DNA of 64,000 nucleotides, taken from positions 316,448,001 through 316,512,000 of the forward strand of contig NC_091979.1 of NCBI RefSeq assembly GCF_044704955.1, in the 5' to 3' direction. The translations under genes were made by a program, and so were the position numbers. The notes below the pieces were generated by a model. It was not told where the DNA came from, searched no databases, and saw only the letters and a program-made list of their open reading frames with translations. Shown here one piece after another: positions 52,715-64,000 of the stretch (its first letter is position 1; the number at the start of each line of letters is the position of its first letter). The DNA comes from Pristiophorus japonicus (Eukaryota).

Positions 52715-53529
52715 ATGGACCATTTCCCATATCTCGGGAGCCTCTTATCAACAAAGACAGACATTGATGCGGAGATTCAGCATCGCCTCCAGTGCGCCAG
52801 TGCAGCCTTCGGCCGTCTGAGAAAAAGTGTATTTGAAAATCAGGCCCTCACATCTCCCACCAGGCTCATGGTCTACAGGGCTGTAGTAATACCCAACTCC
52901 TGTATGGATCTGAGGCATGGACGATGTATAGAAGACACCTCAAGTCGCTGGAGATATATCACCAACGATGTCTCCGCAAGATCCTGCAAATCCCCTGGGA
53001 GGACAGACGCACCAACATCAGTGTCCTCGACCAGGCTAACATCCCCAGTATTGAAGCACTGACCACACTCAATCAGCTTCGCTGGGCAGGCCACATAGTT
53101 TGCATGCCAGATACGAGACTCCCTAAGCAAATGCTTTATGCGGAGCTCCTTCATAGTAAACGGGCCAAAGGAGGACAGCGGAAACGTTATAAGGACACCC
53201 TCAAAGCCTCCCTGGTAAAGTGCGACATCACCACTGACACCTGGCAGACTTTGGCCAAAGACCGCCCGAGGTGGAGAAAGTTCATCCGGGAGGGCGTTGA
53301 GCTCTTAGACTCTCAACGCAAAGAGCAGGAAGAGACCAAACACAGGCAGCGGAAGGATCGCGTGGCAAACCAGCCCCACCGACCCCTTCCCTCGACGAAT
53401 GTCTGTCCCACCTGTAACAGGGTCTGTGGCTCTCGTATCGGACTATTCAACCATCAAAGGACTCACTTTGGGAGTGGAAGCAAGTCCTCCTCGATTCCGA
53501 GGGACTGCCTATGATGATGATGATGATGA
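52715..53529 (+). mobile_element. 5'-truncated RTE-clade LINE with (TGA)n tail and 9-bp TSD
   Basis: FPYLGS...AFGRL, LRWAGHIVCMPDTRLPKQ, GGQRKRYKD and a C2H2 motif CPTC...HQRTH. TSD TGCTGTCAC at 52706-52714 and 53530-53538. Confidence 0.9.
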
Positions 53530-55172
53530 TGCTGTCACTTCCTCACCAATTGCAGCATGGCATTCGAATTGTACCAGCACCAGCACAGATAGTGGAGGAA
53601 ATAGTTGATGGGTCAAAAGGGTTTTCACAGGGTGAAACATAGAAACATAGAAAATAGGTGCAGGAGTAGGCCATTCAGCCCTTCGAGCCTGCACCACCAT
53701 TCAATAAGATCATGGCTGATCATTCCCTCAGTACCCCTTTCCTGCTTTCTCTCCATACCCCTTGATCCCTTTAGCCGTAAGGGCCATATCTAACTCCCTC
53801 TTGAACATATCCAATGAACTGGCATCAACAACTCTCTGCGGCAGGGAATTCCACAGGTTAACAACACTCTGAGTGAAGAAGTTTCTCCTCATCTCAGTCC
53901 TAAATGGCCTACCCTTTATCCTAAGAATATGTCTCCTGGTTCTGGACTTCCCCCATATCGGGAACATTCTTCCTGCATCTAACCTGTCCAGTCCTGTCAG
54001 AATTTTATGTGTTTCTATGAGATCCTCTCTCATTCTTCTAAACTCTAGTGAATAAAGGCCTAGTTGATCCAATCTCTCCTCATATGTCAGTCCAGCCATC
54101 CCTGGAATCAGTCTGGTGAATCTTCGCTGCACTCGCTCAATAGCAAGAATGTCCTTTCTCAGATTAGGAGACCAAAACTGAACACAATATTCCAGGTGAG
54201 GCCTCACCAAGGCCCTGTACAACTGCTGTAAGACATCCCTGCTCCTATACTCAAAGTCCCTAGCTATGAAGGCCAACATACCATTTGCCTTCTTCACCGC
54301 CTGCTATACCTGCATGCCAACTTTCAATGACTGATGAACCATGACTCCCAGGTCTCATTGCACCTCCCCTTTTCCGAATCTGTCGCCATTCAGATAATAT
54401 TCTGCCTTCGTGTTTTTGTCCCTAAAATGGATAACCTCACATTTATCCACATTATACTGCATCTGCCATGCATTTATCCACTCACCTAACCTGTCCAAGT
54501 CACCCTGCAGCCTCTTAGCGTCTTCCTCACAGCTCACACCGCCACCCAGTTTAGTATCATCTGCAAACTTGGAGATATTACACTCAATTCCTTCATCTAA
54601 ATCGTTAATGTATATTGTAAAGAGCTGGGGTCCCAGCACTGAGCCCTGCGGTACTCCACTAGTCACTGCCTGCCATTCTGAAAAGGACCCATTTATCCCG
54701 ACTCTCTGTTTCCTGTCTAACAACCTATCCACGTCAGTACATTACCCCCAATAACATGTGCTTTGATTTTGCACACCAATCTCTCATGCGGGACCTTGTC
54801 AAAAGTCTTTTGAAAGTCCAAATACACCACATCCACTGGTTCTTCCTTGTCCATTCTGCTAGTTACGTCCTCAAAAAATTCCAGAAGATTCGTCAAGCAT
54901 GATTTCCCTTTCATAAATCCATGCTGACTTGGACCGATCCTGTCACTGCTTTCCAAATGCGCTGCTATTTCATCCTTAATGATTGATTCCAACATTTTCC
55001 CCACTACTGATGTCAGGCTAACATATCTATAATTATGCGTTTTCTCTCTCCCTACTTTTTTAAAAAGTGGTGTTACATTAGCTACCCTCCAGTCCATAGG
55101 AACTGATCCAGAGCCGATAGACTGTTGGAAAATGATCACCAATGCATCCACTATTTGTAGGGCCACTTCCTT

Positions 55173-55809
55173 CATTGCGAGAGGGATGGAGTACAAAAGC
55201 AGGGAGGTCCTGCTGCAACTGTACAGGGTATTGGTGAGGCCACACCTGGAGTACTGCGTGCAGTTTTGGTCACCTTAAGGAAGGATATACTAACTTTGGA
55301 GGGGGTACAGAGACGATTCACTCGGCTGATTCCGGAGTTGAGGGGGTTACCTTATGATGATAGATTGAGTAGACTGGGTCTTTACTCGTTGGAGTTCAGA
55401 AGGATGAGGGGTGATCTTATAGAAACATTTAAAATAATGAAAGGGATAGACAAGATAGAGGCAGAGAGGTTGTTTCCACTGGTTGGGGAGACTAGAACTA
55501 GGGGGCACAGCCTCAAAATACGGGGGAGCCAATTTAAAACCGAGTTGAGAAGGAATTTCTTCTCCCAGAGGGTTGTGAATCTGTGGAATTCTCTGCCCAA
55601 GGAAGCAGTTGAGGCTAGCTCATTGAATGTATTCAAATCACAGATAGATTTTTAACCAATAAGGGAATTAAGGGTTACGGGGAGCAGTCGGGTAAGTGGA
55701 GCTGAGTCCACGGCCAGATCAGCCATGATCTTATTGAATGGCGGAGCAGGCTCGAGGGGCTAGATGGCCTACTCCTGTTCCTAATTTTTATGCTCTTATG
55801 TTCTTATGT
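55173..55809 (+). mobile_element. Nested CR1 3' end in opposite orientation
   Basis: LEGVQRRFTRLIP...RGHSLK; tail (TATGTTCT)n; the host resumes at agtactctggg. Confidence 0.85.
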
Positions 55810-56027
55810 AGTACTCTGGGATGCAGACTATCAGGTCCCGGGGATTTATTGTCCTTCAATCCCATCAATTTCCCCAACACGATTTCCCGCTTTATAAGTA
55901 TATCCTTCAGTTCTTCCTTCTCACTAGACCCACTGTCCCCTGGTACATTCGGAAGATTATTTGTGTCTTCCTTCGTGAAGACAGAACAATTTGTTCAATT
56001 GGTCTGCCATTTCTTGTTCCCCATTAT

Positions 56028-58013
56028 GGGCCCAAGTTTCGAACCACACCTAAAACGCGCAGCCCGGGCCTGGATACCCGTTTTTCGCGCCACAAAGTGC
56101 GCCTAAAAAAAACTTACCTATTCTCCACCTCCCTGCAGGTCCTCTGGAGCTGGGCACGGCACAGCACGAGCTGTGGAGGGCGGAGCCAGGTCCCTGCGCT
56201 GAAAACAGTGCCGGGACCTCTGCACATGCGTGCTACAGTGGGCGCGTGTGTGCAGTAGCTCCAGGCTCCCAAAACTGCAGGAGGAGGCCCGAAGCACCCT
56301 AGCCCTGGCCGAATGGCCTCACTGGGGCTGCGTGCATAAGGCTCCACCCACCTGACCGGACCCGACCCGACCTCTGCTCCCCCCCCCCCCGGACCTCCAC
56401 GACTCTCCCACCACCCCCCCCCCCGGACCTCCGCGACTCTCCCACCACCCCCCCGCCGGACTTCCGCGGCCCCCCCCAGAGACCCGACGCCACTTACCTG
56501 TAAATCCAGCCCGAAGTCTTGTGCCCGGCCATTCATCATCCTTCTCNNNNNNNNNNNNNNNNNNNNNNNNNNNNNNNNNNNNNNNNNNNNNNNNNNNNNN
56601 NNNNNNNNNNNNNNNNNNNNNNNNNNNNNNNNNNNNNNNNNNNNNNNNNNNNNNNNNNNNNNNNNNNNNNNNNNNNNNNNNNNNNNNNNNNNNNNNNNNN
56701 NNNNNNNNNNNNNNNNNNNNNNNNNNNNNNNNNNNNNNNNNNNNNNNNNNNNNNNNNNNNNNNNNNNNNNNNNNNNNNNNNNNNNNNNNNNNNNNNNNNN
56801 NNNNNNNNNNNNNNNNNNNNNNNNNNNNNNNNNNNNNNNNNNNNNNNNNNNNNNNNNNNNNNNNNNNNNNNNNNNNNNNNNNNNNNACTCCCTCCTCTCT
56901 TCTTCCCTCTCTCCCTCCTCTCTCCTTCCATCCCTCACCCCCTCCTCTCTCCTTCCCTCCCTCCCTCCTCTCTCCTTCCCTCCCTCCCTCCTCTCTCCTT
57001 CTCTCCCTCCCTCCTCTCTCCTTNNNNNNNNNNNNNNNNNNNNNNNNNNNNNNNNNNNNNNNNNNNNNNNNNNNNNNNNNNNNNNNNNNNNNNNNNNNNN
57101 NNNNNNNNNNNNNNNNNNNNNNNNNNNNNNNNNNNNNNNNNNNNNNNNNNNNATCCTCTCTCCCTTCTCCCCCTCTCCCCCCTTCTCCTCGCCCCTCCTC
57201 TCCTCCCCCCTCCCCCTCCTCCTCCACCCCCCTCCTTCTCCTGCCCCCCCACCCCCCCATCTCCTCCCCCTCCCCCTTCCCCCCCTCCTCCTCCTCCTCC
57301 CCCTCCCAGCCCCCTCCTCCTCCCCCTCCTCCACCCCTCCCCCTCCCACCTCCCTTCTCCCCTTCTCCCCCTCCCACCCCCCTTCTCCCCCTCCCCTCGC
57401 TGTCAGAAACAGACATTGACAGACAGAGAATGAGAGAGACACACACACAGACAGACAGAGAGATAGAGACACTGACAGAGACACACTGCGGGGGCCGTCC
57501 CAGCACGCTGTTGGAGGACTCCCGGTGCTGCAGTTGGTAAGTAGAAAATGTTTTATTTATTGATTTTTAAAATTTTTTAAAATTTCTTATTAATTATTTT
57601 TAATTGATTTATTGGTTGATTTATTGATGTATTTATTATTTATTATTGATGATGGCTCTTTATTTGTAAAATTGAAGTGTTTAATGTTTGTAAACTTCCC
57701 TTTAAACCCCCCACCGCATTCCCTCCGCCTAATTTGTAACCTACGCCTGATTTTCTAAAGGTTTTTTCGAACGTACAAAAATCTTCACTTACTCCATTCT
57801 AAGTTAGTTTGGAGTAAGTTTTCACTGCCTAAACTTTGAAAACAGGCGTAAGTGGCCGGACACGCCCCCTTTAGAAAAAAAAAATTCTGTTCCAAAGTGA
57901 AACTGTTCTAACTGACCAGAACTGGAGCAAACTAAATGCCGAGAATTTGAATTTCTAAGATACTCCATTCTAAACCAAAAAAACAGGAGCAACTCAGGCT
58001 GAAACTTGGCCCC
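56028..58013. mobile_element. Non-autonomous TIR element (PIF/Harbinger-like) with C/T-rich core and N-runs
   Basis: TIRs GGGCCCAAGTTTC and GAAACTTGGCCCC (12/13 match); TAT on both sides, restoring CR1 ccccatTATaa. Confidence 0.8.
56547..57152. other. Two N-runs (56547-56886, 57024-57152) in polypyrimidine low-complexity DNA
   Basis: Seen directly; assembly gap or hard-masking. Confidence 0.95.
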
Positions 58014-60999
58014 TATAAGTTCGCCTGAATCTGCTTGCAAAGGACCTACATTTGTCTTCACTAATCTTTTTCTCTTCACATATTTATAGAAGCTTTTGCA
58101 GTCAGTTTTTATGTTCCCTGCAAGCTTCCTCTCGTACTCTATTTTCCCCTCTTAATTAAACCCTTAGTCCTCCTCTGTTGAATTCTAAATTTCTCCCAGT
58201 CCTCAGGTTTGTTGCTTTTTCAATTTATATGCCTCTTTCTTGTTTTAACACTATCCTTAATTTCCCTTGTTAGCCACGGTTGAGCCACCTTCCCTGTTTT
58301 ATTTTTACTCCAGACAGGGATGTACAATTGCTGAAGCTCATCCATGTGATCTTTAAATGTTTGTCATTTCTTCTCCACCATCAACTCTTTAAGTATCATT
58401 TGCCAGTCTATTCTAGCCAATTCACGCCTCATACTGTCGAAGTTACCTTTCCTTAAGTTTAGGATCCTAGTTTCCGAATTAACTGTGTCACTCTCCATCT
58501 TAATAAAGAATTCGACCATATTATGGTCACTCTTCCTCAAGGGGCCTCGCACAACACGATCGCACAACATAATTAATCCTTCCTCATTACACATCACCCA
58601 GTCTAGGATGGCCAGCTCTCTAGTTGGTTCCTTGACATATTGGTCTAGAAAACCATCCCTAAGACACTCCAGGAAATCCTCTTCCACCGCATTGCTACCA
58701 GTTTGGTTTGCCCAATCAATATCTAGATTAAAGTTGCCCATGATAACTGCTGTACCTTTATTGCACACATCCCTTATTTCTTGTTTGATGCTGTCCCCAA
58801 CCTCACTACTACTGTTTGGTGGTCTGTACACAACTCCCACTAGCATTTTCAGCCCTTTGGTATTCTGCAGCTCCACCCATACCGATTCCACATCACCAGA
58901 CTAATGTTCCTCCTTACTATTGCATTGAAGTAGCTGCCTTGGGAGGAAGCGATTGGACAGGAGACTGAGTTGCCATGGTACCAGCAAGCCAGCAAGCAGC
59001 AGAACAAAGAGCATAAGAGGCCTGAGTTCCCAATTCTTTGTGGCTTTCTCAGTACAGCTGTGTTCAAAAATGTGGTTCAAAAGCCCTCTAACGTGATACA
59101 GCCATCAGTCCGGGCAGCACGAGAACCCTGAGGGCAACACGTTCAATCCCAGACCAGTGACACTGAGGTGGGAATACGACCAGGAATAAGAGTGGCATCC
59201 CGACTGGAAGATAAAGGATCTGGCCAGCTGTCCACTGCAGGTTAGTCGTCCCCACAGACCAATCAAATCACTAGAGTAGTTTTCAGGATATGGGTCATGT
59301 GATTCCGATGGACCAATCGAATCTCTAGGAATTAACACTGAAGTGGGCCCAAAAGTTAACAATTTGAATATAATGATCGATAAAAGTTGGAATGAAGCAG
59401 AAAAGCTTGCACCGTGCTAGGATTCTACCTGAACCAAAAGACTACACAGATCAAGCATGTTATTTGAGATAAAAATACAAAGGGATTCATTAATCCCCTT
59501 GTTTGGCACAGGTCGTTCCATTCAATTCAGACATCCTGTGTAATCGATATTCTGGAGGATATTTCTGAAGTAATAGGCTCGATTGACAGCCAGGTTTGTG
59601 TGGAAGACTTGAGCCAGGTGTGTGAGAGGGTCACGGCCATGGATCTTTGTAGACCGTTGATGGACAGCTCTGTATCTCTGCTGACTTCAGGCTGACTGTT
59701 GAACTGAGTGCAGGTGGCCAAGTATAAGCCCCGTGTCGCAATCTGCAGGGTTTGTGAGCGAAGGCTTGTGTTTGGCCATCTGCCCAGTCTGAAACCAGTA
59801 GAAATACAGGGCTATTGAGAGAACCCTGTGGTATGTGAGAAACAGAGCAAATGTGTGTCAAGGGCTAATTTAATGTCAAGGTCGCAGGAGATGATTTCTT
59901 CTTGTTTTAATTCCCAGAGGAAGAATAAAGTCTACATTTACTATAAATCTATTGTTTATGTTCAGTAGTGTTCACAGATTTGTTTAAATTTGTCCTGTGC
60001 TTTATAGACTGAGCTGTGATCTGATAGTATTCCCGATGAGATCTCATGGCAGCACACGATATATCCAGTAAGACAGAGTACTATGACAAGAGTTCTCTAT
60101 TCAACTCACTGGAGATACTGTATTTACCGTAATACAGGATGGGTAAAGGGACACCCAGGTCTGCTTATGAGAGTGGCCAGCGACAGCGAACCCTCGGAAA
60201 TATCTAACAGAAAAACTCAGGAAAGTAACCCATCATCTGAAGAGACTGTTGATTATAAGACTTTTTGGAGCATCAAGTGGCTGAAGATTGTTTCGATACA
60301 CACAGCTGTTATATCTTCGAATTCATGGAATGTACAGCACAGAAACAGAGCGTTCGGACAAACTGTTTTATGCTCCACAAAAGCCTCCTCCCACCCTACT
60401 TCATCTAACCCTATCAGCATAACCATCTATTCATTTCTCCCTCAGGTACTTATCTAAATTCCTCTCTTTAATATGAAGTACTCTGCGATGTCTCCCACAC
60501 ACAAGGAACGCAATATAAATGCAAGTTTCAGAGCTGGACGGCATGAGGGAAGAGCCAACAGCACAAAAATTGCCCAATTGAACATGTCCTGCCAATCTCA
60601 CTGATAGGATGTTGCTGTGAGAAATGGAAGAAATAAGATTGGGATTTCTAAGAACATGTACTCTGACAAGAACATGAATAAAGGACAGCAGACAAGTCCT
60701 TGACTCTTCACCATAACTCCCGCCATTTACTGCTCAGTCTATGTCGAGGAGTTAATGATGCCTGAATTTAACTCACCAAACTACCTAACATTAACCAGTT
60801 CAGAATGTATTAGCCTTTATACTACTAACCTCCAATTAGGATCTGCATGAGCTACTGAGTGAATGAATTAATCCCTTTTCCCAATGACCAAAGAGGAAGT
60901 CAGACAGTAAAGTCAAGAGCTAAAAATTGGCTTTGGGGTCCTGTCTACATAAGAGGACTCCGACTAACGTTCATTTAGGAGGCTACTACTGACATATTG

Positions 61000-61395
61000 G
61001 GACAGGAGTAGGCCAGTTAGCCCCTCGAGACTGTTCCACCAGTCAATTTGCTCATGGCTGATCTGTAACTTAACTCCATTTACCTGCCTTGGTACCGTAA
61101 CCCTTAATAACCTGGCCACACAAAAAACATTTCAACCAGAGTTTTGAAATTTTCAACAGATCTAGTCGCAACAGCCTTTTGGGGAGTGTGTACCAGATTT
61201 CCACTCCCCTTCGTGTGAAGAAGTGCTGTCTGGCATCTCCCCTGAATGGCCTCGATCTAATTTTAAGGTTATGGCCCCTTGTTCTGGACTCTCCCACCAC
61301 AGATAATATAGTCTATCTATATCTAGCATAAAAAATTCTTCAATCATCTTAAACACCTCAATTAGATCAGCTCTTAATCTTCTTTATTCAAGAAA
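61000..61395 (-). mobile_element. CR1 3' fragment abutting the truncated end of the IFIT pseudogene
   Basis: GESRTRGHNLKIR...HFFTRR ORF and a CR1-like 3' UTR. Confidence 0.7.
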
Positions 61396-62780
61396 ATCCT
61401 CCAGAATCTTCTCAAATATTCCTTTGCCTCTTCATAGAATGGATCAGCAGAAGTCAATGGTGACCAACCCTTCTCCACGTACACTTCAGGTATCAGTGCT
61501 GTATACCAAGAGCCATCAGTAACCCCTTTGTAGATCATCTCCAGCTTGTCGAGGTAGGACTGGGCCTCTGTCAGTTGGCCCATGTGATAATATATCAGGC
61601 ATATGGGCCCAAATTTCCCCAGGAGTTGCTCCGTTTTTTTTTGGAGCAACTAGATTGTTTTGGAGTAACATAAAAATCGCAATTGTCCCCATTTAATCTG
61701 CTCCAGTGTAAGTGAGTTAGTTAGGGTTTTTTTTGTTTATTTTTTTCAAAAGGGGGCCTTACCAGGCACTTATGCCTGTTTTGGCAAGTTTAGCCAGCTA
61801 AAACTTACTCCAAACTAACTTAGGCAAGCGTATGAGGCCACTTGTGTCTGCTCAGAAAAATCTTGTGGTGAATTAAGAAATCAGAGCAGGTCGCCTCCCA
61901 ATGACAGAGTTATTTTAGGAATGCTAGTTTTTTTTAAAAATCCCAAGCCATGAGACTGGACAGGGATTAGGTGCTATCAGCCTGATTAAACTGAGTATAT
62001 TGTTAGTATATTAAAGTACTGGAAAATCTTAGTAGATTCTTTTCCCCCCCGCCTTCGTGCGCCGGATCAAAACTCTTCCCTCCCCCGATCAAAACTCTTC
62101 CCTCCCCCCGATCAAAGCTCTTCCCCTCCCCGCCATGATCAAAACCTTTCCCCCACCAACCTGTCTCTTGTAGCCCCCAGCGCGGGAAGGCAGTGACCGG
62201 CCTGTGCGGCAGGCCACTCGGCCCGGGATAGGGGCAGCGTGCTTCGGGCCCCTCCCACACAGCCTGCAGAGCGTCGCAGAGATTCGGGCTACGAGGAGCT
62301 ACTGCACATGTGCGCACACTCGAGCGTGCATGTGCAGAGGTCCCGGCACGGTTGTCAGCGCCGGGACCTGGCTCCGCCCCTGGATCCAGTTGCCTCGCTG
62401 CGCCACCATCGAGGAGAGACTGGGGAGCGGCCAAACTCGGCCTGAAGATTTTTGGCGCCCTTTTTGTTCCAGGAAAGCGGCGCACCTCTGGTGAGTGCGG
62501 CAGAAATCTGTACTGACCAAATTTGGGCCCATAGTTTCCACAGGTGGTGATGATGCTTTTTTTCAAATTCAAATTTATTCTCCCCCAGAATCTTTCCGTC
62601 TTCCGTTAAGTTTTGAATTGCCTCTTCACAGTTGCCTTGCAGACAGTTTACAAAAGCGAGGTGGTTGTGAGACATGGCCTGATATTTCACACCAGCCTGT
62701 ATTGAATCTTGCAATCTATACTTCATATCGTGCAAATCAATGATTTATTTCTGTGGGCCCCACATGGAGTGATATTGTTG
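61396..62780 (-). pseudogene. IFIT pseudogene (copy 4): N-terminal third of exon 2 only
   Basis: MKYRLQDSIQAGVKYQA..NHLAFVNCLQGNCEEAIQNL and YYHMGQLTEAQSYLDKLEM are retained. Lesions: a 40-nt deletion after the acceptor, a GAA>TAA stop, frameshifts, a 928-bp insertion and 3' truncation. Confidence 0.9.
61604..62531. mobile_element. Non-autonomous TIR element inserted into the IFIT pseudogene
   Basis: Perfect 13-bp TIRs TGGGCCCAAATTT and AAATTTGGGCCCA; TA (or ATA) duplicated relative to intact GGCATAGTT. Same family as 56028-58013, opposite orientation. Confidence 0.88.
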
Positions 62781-63252
62781 CTGCAAGGGAACACAATCTT
62801 TCATAATCCATCATATCTGCAATTCTAACTCGTTCATCTTGCATTTTTGATCCTCTTGTTTAATTCTAACACTGGCCTTTGAGTAGCATTAGATGTCGCA
62901 GCAGGGATATTTATCAATGGTACGTTATTAATTGTAAGAAAAACATTTTGCAGGCTCTCTTCTGAATAAGGTTCTCTGCTGAATATTAGGGCCTGCGTCT
63001 CCGGGCAAACAATATCACCAGATGAATCCCCCGTTCTGCAAACTGTCCCTGAATAAAACGTTGAGTGATTATAATTAATTATCGCAGGCACGGCTGATGC
63101 TTACAATCAACAACCTTGGTGATCACATGATGCTGGCCCCGCCCACCATGTCGTCAAACCGGGGGTGACCAATCATTGATGGCACAACTGACCAATCAAC
63201 ACAAGGGAAATTGAGCTGCATCGATGTCATAAATGAATCAGACAGAGGCAAG

Positions 63253-63440
63253 ACCCATGGCACTATTTCGAAGAAGAGCATTGGCATTACTGCAGTGTCT
63301 CTCAACCAACATCACTAATGCTGTTTGTGGGAGCTTGCTGTGCACAAATTGTTTGCCGTGTTTCCTACATTACAACAGTGACTACACTTCAAAAAGTGCT
63401 TCATTGGTGTAAACGCTTTGTGACATCCAGTGGTCGTGGT
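63253..63440 (+). mobile_element. DeuSINE/SacSINE1-like 3' part
   Basis: cccatggcactatttcgaagaagagca...gctgtttgtgggagcttgctgtgc...tttcctacattacaacagtgactacacttcaaaa. Confidence 0.7.
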
Positions 63441-63466
63441 AGTCTTTCTTAGTTTCTTATGATACG

Positions 63467-63590
63467 AGGTGTGTGTGGGGGGATGATTCAGATTGTGTGT
63501 GTGTGTGTTTGTGCTGATACAGGGTGTGTGTGTGTTTGTGTGTTTGTGTGTGTCGGGGGGGGAGTTGATACAGGGTGTGTGTGTGTGTGT

Positions 63591-63629
<39 letters not shown>

Positions 63630-64000
63630 TGTGTGTGTGGTGATGATACAAGCTGTGTGTGTGTGTGGGGCGATGATACAAGCTGTGTGTGTGTGTGGTG
63701 ATGATACAAGCTGTGTGTGTGTGTGTGGCGATGATACAAGCTGTGTGTGTGTGTGGGCGATGATACAAGCTGTGTGTGTGTGTGGGGCGATGATACAAGC
63801 TGTGTGTGTGTGTGTGGGGCGATGATACAAGCTGTGTGTGTGTGTGTGGGGTGATGATACAAGCTGTGTGTGTGTGTGGGGCGATGATACAAGCTGTGTG
63901 TGTGTGTGTGGCGATGATACAAGCTGTGTGTGTGTGTGTGGGGCGATGATACAAGCTGTGTGTGTGTGTGGGGTGATGATACAAGCTGTGTGTGTGTGGG
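63467..64000. repeat. (GT)n-based compound minisatellite, ~30-bp unit, at least 12 copies, running off the window
   Basis: gatgatacaagc(tg)n repeated from ~63640. Confidence 0.95.

Larger units (their letters stand above)
53637..58925 (-). mobile_element. Long CR1 ORF2 (endonuclease and RT) with nested insertions
   Basis: [40 protein letters not shown] and FADDTK motifs; (AGAAACAT)n tail at ~53637. Confidence 0.9.

Noticed and set aside
56114-57540. Long ORFs of 300-456 aa
   Set aside because: Artefacts of N-runs and low-complexity sequence.
3484-58891. CR1/Tx1/RTE ORF fragments as functional or domesticated RT genes
   Set aside because: All are fragmented by stops, frameshifts, truncation or nested insertions.
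63315-63984. His/Thr- and Cys/Val-rich ORFs
   Set aside because: Translations of the (GT)n minisatellite.

Overview
Eukaryotic, repeat-rich vertebrate DNA. The CR1/L2/RTE/Tx1 LINE and DeuSINE content looks like a cartilaginous fish (shark); this is an inference. The only supportable host genes are a minus-strand tandem array of IFIT (interferon-induced TPR protein, IFIT5-like) genes. Three copies are intact, each with a 5-nt coding micro-exon (ATGAG) behind a TATA box and ISRE motifs, spliced to a 1453-nt exon 2 (predicted 485 aa). A fourth copy (61396-62780) is a truncated, transposon-disrupted pseudogene. Copies 1 and 2 sit in a very recent ~22-24 kb tandem duplication (unit starts at about 1, 24064 and 45896). 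Copy 3 is an older paralogue with patchy near-identity, suggesting gene conversion. The rest is nested transposon debris: CR1, L2, RTE and Tx1 LINEs, a possible solo LTR, PIF/Harbinger-type Myb and transposase relics, and non-autonomous TIR elements. Three minisatellites and two N-runs are also present. I see no convincing wholly new biological system; the most interesting signal is an antiviral IFIT cluster undergoing birth-and-death evolution.
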